Assembly: GCA_051294905.1 (NCBI GenBank)
Contig: CM119371.1
Span: 16,928,001-16,992,000 of the forward strand
Origin: Botryllus schlosseri
Taxonomy: Eukaryota
Direction: 5' to 3'
DNA length: 64,000 nt
Below, piece by piece: positions 1 through 12,690 of the stretch. Each line of letters begins with the position of its first letter. Within the stretch, counting starts at the first letter, position 1. Both the position numbers and the translations under genes were made by a program. A model generated the notes under the pieces. It ran no database searches and was not told where the DNA came from. It saw only the letters and a program-made list of their open reading frames with translations.

Positions 1-2725
1 CTACTCCAGTAGAATTTATAGTACCGCCGAAAATTTCGACTCAAATAAAATGCAAAAACAAGTATATATTTCCAATGCGTGTCAAAGCTGCTTAAAGTGG
101 AAGCAGAAATAGAATCTTCTAAAAAGCACTCACGTAAGTAGTTTTGGAAAGTACATTTAGTCGCGGGTTCGACTAGCTTTGCCAGTTAATCAGGTAATCG
201 TGTATACTTTGTAAATTGCTGGAAAAATCTTTGCGACACTAGAGCAAAATTACCAATGACTATATAAAGTTGGGCGAGTGCAATCTTCGACGATTTGATC
301 ACTGGTCAGCCATTTCTCCGTTGGGTATTTCACGCGATTCTAGTGACGATTTCACGCATAAGAGAATCGTGTGGCGAGACAGCGCAGTGGTATAGAGTGA
401 CGTACGGTCCAATGAGGCAGGTGAGGCAGTGCCTCACCTGTCGTCAGGGTGAGTAAGTGAAAATTGTAAAAACCCTCCATGAGTCGATGATTATTGATAT
501 TTTACATCGATGTTCATAAATGACTAAATTAGAACATTTTTTCACCCAACATCAATTTGCATAAATATTATTCAAAAATACAGCGCCAGCGTTGAGGCAC
601 AGGTGAGGCACGGGCGGGTCGTGCCTCACCTGAGAAAGTGCAATTCATCATAAATAGCTCTGAATTCATAACAACTGGTATCAATCAAATGCTATCGTCT
701 CACTGACTCCAAAAATCCAAATATTAACAGTGTCAGAGCACCAGACCCCCCCCCACAATCGCCAAGGAAGGTGACATTTGGCTTTATTACAGAAAATGTC
801 ATCTCAGAGAAACAATAGCCAGGTGAGGCACAAACGAATCTGCCTCTTGCACTATTAGCTAACAACCGGACAATCGCAGCACAGTGAAACGCGCTATCGA
901 TTTCGGAATACAACAGTCTTGTAGGAATTATATAGTAGCAACGGCCAATACGTATTGCGGAGCAAATACATTACCTTATTTATGTAGCTGTGATTTATTT
1001 TCCGTTAAATTGTGGTATGTGATAGCTACTAGTATAGGGTCATTGCCGTTGTTTGTGGTATTTAAGCCGTGTTCAACTGCAATACCTACAACCATAGGCA
1101 CCGAGTTACGGGGTGGCGGGGAGGCGCAGCCACCCCCTGACACATTTATGGGGTGACGGCCACCCCATACAAAATGCTTCAACGCCCGCCGTCTGTCAAT
1201 TAGCGAGTCCTGTGATATCGCGTAAATGCCAACTATTTACCATTTACCGAATACCGATACGCGCGCCAATAATTGAATCCGCAGCTTCGTCGGCGACGAC
1301 GAACTAGTGCTTAAAACGCCCCAATAAATTGTATTCCGTCATTAGTAATCAATAATCATACAATCGAAGCGACCTCGTTCGACCTCGTTTACGACGACCA
1401 TCTCCTCTCTCGACCAGACGAGCGAATCCACGTTTTACTTATTAGGTTGTATTTGCGCGCATATTCGTTTACAAATGAATTCTTAAGTTAGTTTCATGAG
1501 TCTCTTCAATTAAAGCGCGAAATAGGGCAGTGTGTTTCTGTATGCCTGTGAATTGAAAGTCATTCCGGCGTAAAGTGCGCATATTCGTTACTCTAACAAG
1601 GCTTTGCTAACTTTTATCGGAAAATGCAGCAATGCAGCTCAAACGTCGTTATAATGAGCCAACAATTGTCGCGAGGTCAGACTCGGAACCCCATTGTGCT
1701 GTACGCAAGTCGATGTACTACTGATTTGATTAGATGCGCGCTTTCTCGTTTGCTGTCCTATGTAGGCTACTAATTCTTGTCTGCTTTATAAACTGGTATT
1801 CCCTCAATGTCACTTGTCAGTGTTTAATTTGTTATTAACACTGAGCATTGTGCAGTGCTCGGCGTCGAATTACGTTGTCGAATATTGATGCAACACGAGA
1901 TTCCCGGTGACGCAAATTATGAATTTATTCGATTAGTTTGAGCGGGAGTCTTCTATGTTCCAACAAACGTCATTGCTGGACTGACTTTATTGGGCGCAAC
2001 CATATCGCGGATCGAATTTCAAACCATAGACATTTGTTTTTATAATGATATGGTCGCACCATGCGCCCATATTGATCTTGCTACAATAACACATTTCACG
2101 ATCAAATTCGACTGGCTGAGTCGGGACTTACGTACGCCCCGTGATGATATTAACCAGCGCGTTGTCGGTATTAAAACCCTATATGCGTAGACAGGGAGTT
2201 TCACATTTAAAACTTGACAATCCCGTCCTTCTGAAACGCCAATTCACTAATTCGTATTATCGATGCTACGTATTGCAAATTAGCGAGAATCATTTTTATG
2301 CGAAATGGGTCATTGACATCTGATGTGCGGTATCGTCGCTGGTCGCAGGCCTGCGCACTATAATCGCTGGTATGAACTATCACGTGCACCAGGCTAGGCC
2401 TGATATCGTTATCTGCCTGAACTATCGAGTCTACAGCAGGACAGGCGCATGTGATAACATCGCTGGCCTAAACTATAGCGTCCGATACTGGCCTCGCATG
2501 ATTTGCCTGCTAGGTCTACTTGTGCGATCGTTAAGTCACACTGGCTTGAGACTGACAGCGTAAAATTGAATAACTTTGAATCTACGCAATTGGCCGCGAT
2601 TAGACTCGAACGGACGTAATTGATTACCGCTAATACTAAAACATCAGAAGATGTGTGTTAAGGCCGAGTTATCAACAGACACCGAGGTTGCGTATTCAAT
2701 TGTTCGCGCGCGTATCGGTTAATAG

Positions 2726-3166
2726 TAGGCTTACCATATTTTGGAAATCAAAAAAGAGGACACTTTTTCAGAAATTTGCAACTTGCAAAATCGGAGTAAA
2801 ATTCTCAAAAACCGGTTAATTTTCCCCACTTTGTGATCGGTTGACTAAAAAAAAAATGAAAAAAAAAAGTTCATCACTTCTGCCCAGAGCTCAAAATAAC
2901 GTTTTTTCCTCCACATTGACAGGTGGATGACTAAAAAAAAGATCATCACTTCTGCTCAGCGCTCAAAATAACGTTTTCAGCGCTCAAAAAAAAAGGTCAT
3001 CTTTTTCCTCAGACCTAAAATCACCGTAATACCCGCCGGTGCTTCACTTCTGTGCTAATTTACGACATATCACTCGCAATTTGCTCTAAATCTGCCTAGA
3101 TTTTCAAAAAAGAGGACAAAAGGGCGTCCTCCGAGGACACTTTCAAGAAGGGTATGGGTAAGCCTA
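2726..3166 (+). mobile_element. hAT-type MITE (TAGGCTTACC termini, GAGGACA subterminal motifs)
   Basis: TIRs TAGGCTTACC / GGTAAGCCTA; perfect TSD GTTAATAG at 2718-2725 and 3167-3174. Confidence 0.9.
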
Positions 3167-3775
3167 GTTAATAGTTGATATTGAAGCGAGGCCGAGAAAT
3201 CGCTAATTAACCACTGAACTCGCTGGCAATCTTACGCGCGCTCATGCGCGTCAATTAGTCAAGACATGAAGCTTGTGATTCTCGTCTGTCAGTCGTAGCG
3301 TACGGACGTATATCGAGCGCTCCTGATTAGCAGGTCGATCAAGTCGGGGGTTCGTACGGTGAGAGTGCACTTAGTCGTTTGTAGTGATTAAGTATCTCAG
3401 CGGTACTGTTCAGTCAGTTAAATTCAACATTCCCCCACTACCAAATAAGGTAGATGGAGGGGATGAAGGGAGTTACATCAGCGAAGCGCAAACACACTGC
3501 TCCGCTACCATCAAGCAGCAGTGATGAAGACTCGGCGAATAGTAGTTTAACAAAAAAACATGGTAAAGTTTGCGTTCGTAGTTTTGCCCCAGCAAATAGT
3601 TTTCAGCCCAACAACACGGTTGTGGGACCTGTGGAACCTGGTCAGCAGATCCATTCTAAGGATTCGGAAGGTATTACCACCTTTAAACCTACCCCGATAG
3701 TGCGTGTGGAAGTGGCTCGAGTCACGGACACTGAGAATAAAGTAGTGACCGATTTGCATAATGACCAGCTTAAAC

Positions 3776-5823
3776 CAGGGCTGTGGAGTCGGAGTCGGGG
3801 TAATTTTCGCTTGATGGAGTCGGAGTCGTGAAATCTATAATAGCTGGAGTCGGAGTCGGAGTCGGTGGGAAAATACTGACTGGAGTCGGAGTTTGTGAGA
3901 ATGACCCTGACTTCGACTCCGACTCCGACTCCAACTTCTCTATCATGAAAACATTTGCTTTCAAAAAATTTTCAATATAATTTTTATGTACCACCAATCA
4001 CTGTTATTAATAACCATACAGATCAGGTGCGGCCAGCCCGTGGCACGCAGGCCAAATTTGGCACAGGAGAAGGTTAGGTGTGGCCTGCGAGGTAATTCTC
4101 GAAATTATTTATGACATCAGGTACAATTGCAAGGCCAACCAAAATTTGATTGGCATGACCGCGAAAGTTGATGATGACTAAAACAACAGTTCTGACGCAT
4201 TGACGTATAAAGGGGCCAGCATCATTTATCCCAGATCTTCGTATACGACCATAAAGTAGAATATTTCATAGATGATTTATTTGACTTGAAATTTTTTTCG
4301 GTACTTCGCATGATTCATTGTCACTAGATTTATTGCATTCAGTATTTGAGCCCCCTTCTGAAAATAATAAGTACATAATATTCACAGAATTGAGTCCAAC
4401 TATTCTCAATTAGGAGATAACGTGTCGTCCAGCATGCGGCTTCGCTTGTGCACTCGCAGCGAGATCGTCGACAAAACATTTGCACAAAATGATATAGACA
4501 TGTTCACTGATACCGTCTATTTCGCTATGTCTAAACGTCGAATAATCCTGTCCTTGCCAAATGAGCCCAGTAGTATACAGATGCGACCCCCAATGTATGT
4601 TAGCGACATATTTATTGATATAGCCTAATTCAGTCGTTATCTTGCAAAAAAATTTCGCGCTTCGCGCGACCATGGCCTGATTGCGCACTGCACTGTTGCA
4701 TGACATATTGTAATCAATTTAGAGCGTATTAATATAAGTCCTGTTTGCAATATAACCTAATTCGGTTGGCTCCTATCGACGACAAAAAAAGGTTATCAAC
4801 ATTCCAGTTGCCCGCGCAAAGGTTCATAAATCTCAGATGTCCCTTTCGCCGAAAAAGTTGCCCACCCATGATTTAGATAAAATTAGACATTAGGCCTACT
4901 TGCAAATTACAGCTCAGTTACAGAGGGGAAGAAAATCGCAAGATGAGTTTTCGCGATGCAGTCAAAATTGATGCAATTTTTGGAATTATACCATGATACT
5001 GTGACAGAGCAAATGCATCGGCTGGTTTTGTAAAATTGTAAAAATGATGTAAATATGACCAAACGATGCTTCCCACTTGACAAAATTAAAAATATTTGTA
5101 GTGTAGCTTAGCTGTTTGGGTCGAACAAATCATTAAGAAAGACTGCAAATCCCAATCTTTGAATACTTGATTAAGTACATGTAGACTAGACATAGGCTAT
5201 GGTCTTGACTACTTAACTAAATTCCATTTATGACCAATGCTAATTAGTAGTAAGAGTGTGTGTACTTGTAATCAGGATAGTGTGCAATGACAAAATTAGT
5301 AAGTTCAATCTCTTTATTAGTTGCTGACTCATACCCAAGAGCTACACTTGGATTTTTTATCTACATTTTTACTATACAGGATTGGATATCTGCCATTTTT
5401 GGATGATTCTTACATTTCAGGTTATTAAAGAGTCCATGTTATAAAAACTTGAAAAAGGAAGTGTATTTAGCAAATCTTTCTTTCATGTTAATTGCATAGT
5501 GGATAATTCGAGCTGTGCCACAATGAAACAATTTAGCATGCCACCAGTAATCATATGTTTGCATATGTTTAATGGTTGTATGATAGTCATTCAACCGACA
5601 ATATGGCATATAATTTTCGAAGTAAATTGGTAATAATACTGGAGTCGGAGTCGGGAGTCGGAGTCGGAGTCGGTACGTTTAAAGGCCCAGGAGTCGGAGT
5701 CGGTACGTTTAAAGACTCAGGAGTCGGAGTCGGAGTCGGAGTCGGTAAATTGAAAATGTGTGGACTGTGGAGTCGGAGTCGGAGCCGGAGTCGGTGGTAA
5801 AATTTACCGACTCCACAGCCCTG
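3776..5823. mobile_element. hAT-type non-autonomous element with (GGAGTC)n subterminal arrays
   Basis: Perfect 17-bp TIRs CAGGGCTGTGGAGTCGG / CCGACTCCACAGCCCTG; perfect TSD GCTTAAAC at 3768-3775 and 5824-5831; GGAGTC hexamer runs near both ends. Confidence 0.95.
4024..4870. mobile_element. Older degenerate hAT-type MITE nested in 3776-5823
   Basis: Ends CAGGTGCGGCCAG... and ...GTTGCCCACCCATG; flanks ATACAGAT (4016-4023) and ATTTAGAT (4871-4878), 6/8 match. Confidence 0.6.
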
Positions 5824-6998
5824 GCTTAAACTCGCTCAAAAACCGGTTACCAACGAACACGCTAATACTGATAATGGTAGCGATAGGAAAGTTGTCATCT
5901 CAGGTCAAACTAGGGCGATACTGCGATACCATCCAACCGTCGTCAACAGAGCTCTATTTTCGGTGATCAGTAATTATGAGGCCATCAAACCACTCTACTC
6001 ATCTGGGAACATTGTAGTGTCATGTTACAACCAGAGACAAGTCACGCTGTTGCTTGAATGCAGCACTATCACTGATCCAGTGACGAAAACCAACATCCCT
6101 GTGACTTGTACTGGATTTTCGCCAAGACCGTACGCCAGCAGAGCGGTTATTTCTGGGGTGCCGATCGATATCTCGGAAGATGAATTACTCGAATGCTTCG
6201 CCGAACAGAAAGCGATCTTGGTAAAACGACTCAAGAAAAAGAACGAAAAGGGCCTCACTGAAAGCTTTTCCGTATTAGTGTGCTTCAGCACGACGCAAGT
6301 TCCCCAATTCATGACATTCGGATACCTTCGCTTCAGAACGAAGCATTACAACCCCCCGCCGACCAGATGTTTCAACTGCCATCGATTCGGCCACACCGCA
6401 AAAACATGTCGCGGTCGGAAGACATGCTGTAAATGTGGAAGACGTGACCACGAATACGAAAACTGTCCAAATACTAGGAAATGTGTGAACTGCAACGAAT
6501 CACACAGCGCTGGATACGGGGGATGCCCAACATATAAAGAGGAGGCTAAAATTCAAATTGTGAAAGAACGAGCTCAAGTATCCTTCAATGAGGCACAACA
6601 TGAAGTGCGGTCGTACAAATTGCTAGTCGAACAAGCTGAACCCACAGACCATACTCTGTATTCAAAGATTCACAACAGGAAAAGTCGCAACAACAAACCA
6701 GTTCACACTAAAGTGCTGCCTAGCCCAAACGACGGGGATATTCGACCCTTGAAAAGCCAGAACAGTGTTCTACAAATTCCTCCGTCACGTACCACTGGAA
6801 TGACCGAACAGATTACTATTGACCCAATTCGCCTAATTGCGCTAGTCGCCGAAATTGTCCATGTCTCCATCACAGCCTCTCAATCAGGAAAAGATATATT
6901 CGAAATTGTAGCGGAGGCATCCAGCAAATATCTTGGTTGCTCTATAAATTCAGAGATGCTGAAACAGACAAGCCAATGCCATAATAGTACTGTGCCGA

Positions 6999-9900
6999 AT
7001 GCACAATACCATGACGAGGGAAGTCAAGAAATTCGCTAGAGGATTAACAGTTCTCCAATGGAATTGCCGAGGGATTTATAGAAAAATATACGAATTCAAA
7101 CATTTCATAGCCAACTCTACTCCAAGACCAGATGTCATACTATTACAGGAGACTCACCTCGTCGACCGATACCAACCAAAAATACGTGGCTATAGCCTTT
7201 ACCGCCGTGATAAAACCATTCATTCTGGTGGTTTAGCCATTTTCGTTGACGAAACGCTTAAATCAAACATTATGAATGAGTTCCGATCGTCGTGCATGGA
7301 AATACTATGTGTGCAGGTCAACGGCATTAAAATATGCAATGTCTATATACCCCCCGACCGCGTGGTGAATAATCAAGATCTGAACCTGTTAGCCAGGCTA
7401 TCCTCAAAATCGCTAGTGTGTGGCGATTTCAACGCCCATCACAGGTCTTGGAGCCACATGACTAGCGGCAGAGGCAGCATGGTCTGTGATCACATCGACT
7501 CGAACAATATGGTTCTACTGAATACCTCTACGCCTACCCGCATCAACTTGTCGGCGGGAGCTGTTAACCGATGGTCACTCATTGACTTAACCATTGCATC
7601 TTGTGACATAGCCCCAAAATGCACTACCACAGTAACTGACCATCTCATGGGCAGCGACCACGCAATTATCATCACGGCATACAATGACAGAATCATGAGA
7701 TCGCCACCAGCGCCTCCAAAATGGATTTTGGAAAGGGCAGATTGGGCGAAATTCTCTACTCTCGTCGACGAGAAAATATATGACGTCGACACCAGCAATG
7801 TAGAAATCATCAACAACGATCTTACCAATATATTGAAACAATCGGCAAGATCGACTATTCCAATTACGAAAGGCACCGGGAAGACCCCAATTCCGTGGTG
7901 GACTCAAGAATGTGATCGGGCTATACGACGGAAGCGTGCGTCATTCCTCAAAATGCGACGTAGCTTCCACATCGACGATATCATACGATACAAGCATATG
8001 AGGTCTCAGTGCCGACGTACCATCCTGAAAGCGAAGCGCCTCTGCTGGGAGAAATTTTGTGGGACCATGAATAAAAATACAGGAATTTCTAGAGTTTGGA
8101 GTACAATAGGGGCGCTTTCAGGAACACGAAAATCACCCACTATTCCACCCCTCGAGCTCCACAACGGTACAATCACTGACGACAAAGAGAAGGCAAATGT
8201 AATGGCGACAGAATTTTCCTCAGTTAGCAGTTCAGGGAACTACCGAACCGAATTCGTACAAATCAAGCATAATCTCGAACGGCAATTCTCTGTACCCCGC
8301 CTCCTATATACCAATGACCCTATAAACAAACCGTTCAATATGGAAGAGCTCAAATACGCCATGTCAACACGCAAAAACACTGCTCCAGGCGAGGATTCAA
8401 TTTGCTATTTGATGTTGAAAAACCTATCGCACTTAGAACTACAGAAATTACTGAATCTGTTTAATCAGTCCTGGACAAGTGGCGACCTTCCATCTGATTG
8501 GCAGCATTCGTTAGTCATATACCTATCTTGAAAAAAGACAAAAACCCTTCTACTACGAGGTCGTACCGCCCTATCGCACTTACTAGTCATGTGTGTAAGA
8601 TTATGGAGTGTATGGTGAGTCAACGACTACGCTGGTACCTAGAATCGAATAACTTACTGAATAGGTCACAATCGGGTTTTCGTAATGGACGCAGTACTCT
8701 CGATCATATACTACGACTTCACGATGAAGCATACAATGCTATTCACAACCAGCGAACTGTCGTTGCAGTGTTTTTGGACATTAAAAGCGCATACGATATG
8801 GTGTGGCGAAACGGGCTTCTATATAAACTTGACCAGTTAGGTATAAAAGGCCAAATGTTATCCTGGATCGCTGGCTTTCTTTCGAATAGATCATTCCAAG
8901 TTAGAGTGGGAAATAGCTTATCTGAAAAGCAAGTTCTCGAGAATGGTATTCCACAGGGAAGTACTATTTCACCTCTACTCTTCACAGTGATGATCAACGA
9001 CTTACCCTCGGTAATAGGTTGTGAGAATTCTCTTTTCGCGGATGATTGCGCCATATGGCAAATTGGTCTCAACGTAACATCGCTAATTTCAGAGGTACAA
9101 ATGTCCTTGGATGCAATCGAGCGCTATTGTTTACAATGGGGCTTCATACTATCGAAATCCAAAAGCGTTGCAATGTATTTCACTAAGAAGCGCTCGCTCC
9201 CGGAACTTGAGTTACGCATTGATAGCACACCAGTCGTAGTGTCCGAAAAGTTCAAATTTCTCGGGGTTATATTTGACAAAAAACTATCGTATAAATATCA
9301 TATTGAGGAGATAAGTGCTAAATGCAGCAGGAGATTGAATATGCTCCGCCTCCTCACAGGTACCACATGGGGTGCCGGTAAAGAAACTCTACTGATCGTG
9401 TACAGAACGTTTATCCGGTCACTTATTGACTATGCTCTTCCCGCGTATTATTTCGCTCCTAAATGCCACCTACAGCGGCTCCAGACGATACAAAACACTG
9501 CGCTACGGATATGCTGCGGAGCTATGCGTAGCACACCCGTCTGCGTATTACAAGCAGCGTGCGGCGAAATGCCCTTACACATACGACACAAGTATCTAAG
9601 CATGAATTACCGATGCCAATTACTTGGACAACAACCGTCTCGACATCCTTGTCTTAACGTAATAGAAGATTCATGGCATGAAATATACTGCATCACAAAA
9701 CCGAATTTTAAAACTTTTAACATCATTTCACGATCGCATATTCTCGACAGCGTGACTGTCGAGACACAACAATGGTTAACCACACCACCATGGACAATAC
9801 CGATCCCCGTCGCAGACCTGGATCTACTGAAATACACTTCGAAATGCGAAATACTGGAAAACATCAAATCCATATGCCTAGATATCATGTTTGAACGATA

Positions 9901-10759
9901 TGGGGGCTGTGTGGCAATCTACACAGACGGCTCAAAAAATTCCAATGGCGCTGGTTACGGGGTATATATTCCGGTGCATGATATCGCAATCTCTCGTACC
10001 TGCTCACCGATATCATCAGCCTTTACAATGGAATTGAAGGCGATTGAGCATGCATTATTTTGGATACTCGACCACGGCACGCGAAACCACACTTACGTCA
10101 TCTTCTCAGATTGCCTATCCGCATTAACGGCGGTTTCTAGACCTCTGAACCGACCATCAAATAACGTTATTGTATCCATATTGGAAATATTTAAACATAT
10201 ACATGATACCAGTATCGCTGTTGAATTTTCTTGGGTTCCAGGACACGCAGGAATTTCAGGTAACGAAAAAGCAGACGAATTAGCCCCAGTAGGCTCGTCA
10301 ACGCAAGATCAATCGAACCAAACTCCAAGCATTACCGTGCCAGACGCCAAAGCCGAGATGAAGAAAGTTACCCAGGAGATCTGGCAATGCGAATATTCTG
10401 CCGATGAACGGGGATCCCATTACAAGCAATTCCACAGCACACTCACCACAGGACCCGAGAAAAACGTCAGTCGCCATATCGAACGCCTGATATTTCGACT
10501 ACGGTCAGGGCACTGTGGAGTAGCAGCCCATTTATTCAGAATCGGCTGCTCGGACTCTCCGATGTGCGAAGAATGCGATGTCATCGAAACGGTCGAACAC
10601 TTTTTGATATCGTGCATTAAATACGACTTTCATCGATCATTTTTAATAACATATTGCAATCAGTTACATGTACCGTTCACCATACGCAACCTACTCTCGT
10701 CATCGCAATTGTCCACCGCCGTCGCTGAGTTCGTGATAAGTTGTAATAAGTTCATTTAG
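6999..10759 (+). pseudogene. LINE ORF2 (APE endonuclease, reverse transcriptase, RNase H, C-terminal CCHC finger) with one +2 frameshift
   Basis: APE motifs LQWNCRG, LQETHL, GDFNAHH, GSDH; RT motifs YRPIALTS, QSGFR, FLDIKSAYD, GIPQGS, LFADD, KFLG; RNase H YTDGSK, FSDC, WVPGHAGISGNEKAD; CEEC..HFLISC. An extra TA at 8518-8521 splits the ORF; removing it gives 1252 aa. Confidence 0.96.
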
Positions 10760-10837
10760 TTACTGCTTGATTTGAATTTCCTGACGACCGTGGCGCACAA
10801 GGCCATAAATGGCGAAAAGCACCACTCATGTTTGTGA

Positions 10838-10852
10838 TAATAATAATAATAA
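10838..10852 (+). repeat. (TAA)5 3' tail of the LINE
   Basis: TAATAATAATAATAA immediately before the TSD, as is typical of I-factor-like elements. Confidence 0.9.
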
Positions 10853-11593
10853 CATGAAGCTTGTCCTATCCATGTATTATGGGCAATGTGCATTTATGCA
10901 TGTACTTAACCGTAATAATTAGCTGCTACCTTGGTAAGATTGAAACAATTGCAAACACCTCCCTTTTTATTCAAACTCCTTCCTTTTTTCATCTGGCCAC
11001 CCCATGTAAAAATAAAAGTCGGCGCCTATGCCTACAACCCTTAATTGTGGTATGTGATAGCTATCCTTACATAGCCTGCGTTGTCGTTGTTTCTATTCAG
11101 TGGTGCCACTTCTAGTGTTTTAAACTAGTGTCCTAGTGTATTTTCTCTCGAAGTTCGGCTTATCTAGTGTTTTTAATGAAAAAATATTTTTAAATGAGGA
11201 TGCTATTTTCGTGTGTTTGGAATAATTTACGCCGGTACTTGAAGAGATAGTAATTATTATCAGCCTAAACTTGCATTTATCCCAATAGCGACCAGTCCTA
11301 CATGCATTGTAGAATATGGAATTGCATCGGCTATCAGTGTGCAAAGAAAATGCTCTCTATACCCGCTGCAGTTGCTATTCACATTTTGGCCTCTTTACCA
11401 CGTACCTTACGTACGTACGTGCGTGCGTGCGTGTTTGTGTGAGTGTGTGTGGGGGGGGAGGGGGTGGGGTCCGTGACTCACTAGCCTGGAACCTCATCGC
11501 ACGTCACTGGGTATATCCACATCCACAGCTGCAACACCAATGGGTTGCTGGTTCGAGTGCGACCGAGGTCGACTATAGAATTCCTACCTAAGT

Positions 11594-11880
11594 TAGGGTT
11601 GCCATACGTCCGGAATTTCCCGGACATGTCCGGAATCTCACTGTTCAAACTAGCGTCCGGGAGGAATTTCTAAAATATGCCAAATGTCCGGAATTTTGAA
11701 GACCCGAAGTTAAAATGCTATAAAATTCAACCATAGGTGTTATAATGAAGCAAAAATTGTAATAAATAAAAAGAGTTCTCAGTGCAGAACCTACCAAGTT
11801 CGTTCGTGAACGTGGACCTCCAAATTTGTGAGGTTCACACACAGAACGGGAACGTGAACCTCACGTTCACACCATCCCTA
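11594..11880. mobile_element. Fused fragments of two TIR element families
   Basis: Left end TAGGGTTGCCATACGTCCGG with TCCGG repeats; right end ...GAACGTGAACCTCACGTTCACACCATCCCTA matches 58081-58181; flanks do not match as a TSD. Confidence 0.6.
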
Positions 11881-12690
11881 CTTATTATCTCAGTATCGAA
11901 AATATATTCCTATATTCCTAACCCGAATATTATCGGGTTACACTGGGCAAGGTTAATCGTGACGAACTAATATAGGATTGAAAAGAGCATTGCATATATC
12001 TATACATACATTGTATTACAGTTTTTACACCTTAAAACACTCGTTCCCATCCCTTTTCTTGCCTCGTACCGCTTCGATGCTATACGAATTTGTTGCGTAA
12101 TAACGAAATAACTTTACTCCAGGTGTATATAGAATTATTATTATGGCCAGCTTAACAAACAAGCCACGTGATACGCGTAAGCGGTGTCTTGAAAAAGCGA
12201 AGAAGTCGGCCGTGCTACAAGTAACTAAATACGGAATCGAAATAAAGACTATCGGACTGATGAAAATGACCAATGTTATCGAAACACCATGAATATCAAA
12301 CAAAACCAAAGAAAAAATTTATCGATCAAGAAATTCCGAAGCAAATGCAGCCTACGAAATAATTCGCTTCTGATTATTAATAACACGCAATCACAAAGGA
12401 AATTTATTGTGATGGTTGCAATTGCAACGAAACTTCTCCAAAATTAGAATGACGTAAAGAGTATTAATTATGAATGCGACGAATACATTCCTTACATTAG
12501 AAGAAATTACGTTAAAGACTCTTAAGACTAAACCAGGGAGGGCCAACCTTTTTGTTATTCACGGCCATATGTAGCCTGCGGCCGGATTTCGGGAATAGTC
12601 ATAATGAACTAGCTGGGCGCCAAATACTGTAAATCTCCTTGAACGCTGGGCTAATCTATTTAATGATATCTTCATCTCTATTGTATAAAG

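Larger units (their letters stand above)
3454..7039 (+). pseudogene. LINE ORF1 (gag-like nucleic-acid-binding protein), interrupted by the MITE at 3776-5823
   Basis: Joining 3454-3775 to 5832-7039 gives 1530 nt in one open frame (509 aa; ...HNDQLK-LAQKPVTNEH...FSVISNYEAIK...). Knuckles CFNCHRFGHTAKTC, CCKCGRRDHEYENC, CVNCNESHSAGYGGC. Confidence 0.93.
3277..10851 (+). mobile_element. Full-length I-group non-LTR retrotransposon (LINE; I/Nimb-like architecture)
   Basis: 13-bp TSD ACATGAAGCTTGT at 3264-3276 and 10852-10864; ORF1 with three CCHC knuckles; ORF2 APE-RT-RNase H-zinc finger; (TAA)5 3' tail. Confidence 0.97.
1093..11030 (+). mobile_element. Non-autonomous hAT-type element (CATAGGC termini) hosting the LINE
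   Basis: TIRs CATAGGCACCGA / TCGGCGCCTATG; perfect 8-bp TSD CCTACAAC at 1085-1092 and 11031-11038; related copy inverted at 24086-26468. Confidence 0.9.
395..11509. mobile_element. Non-autonomous TIR DNA transposon with 6-bp TSD (outermost DNA element of the stack)
   Basis: Left end GAGTGACGTACGGT vs reverse complement of right end CAGTGACGTGCGAT (11/14). GGTATA at 389-394 and 11510-11515. Repeated subterminal TGAGGCA/TGCCTCA motifs at 413-850. Confidence 0.65.
371..11572 (+). mobile_element. Probable tRNA-derived SINE head split by the nested insertion stack (left part 371-394, right part 11516-11572)
   Basis: Removing 395-11509 plus one GGTATA copy rejoins CAGCGCAGTGG (A-box-like) with GGTTCGAGTGC (B-box-like) about 40 nt apart. 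No intact cloverleaf seen. Confidence 0.4.

Noticed and set aside
371..394. Functional tRNA gene
   Set aside because: It is interrupted by 11 kb and no acceptor or anticodon stems are evident after rejoining; kept only as a possible SINE head.
3770..5966. ORFs rich in GVGVG, ESES, PTPT or SRSR (3770-3997, 5576-5800, 5760-5966)
   Set aside because: These are translations of the (GGAGTC)n repeats of the MITE.
6025..10617. Antisense ORFs within the LINE (and plus-strand ORFs within the copia)
   Set aside because: They are shadow frames of the real coding strand with no independent support.
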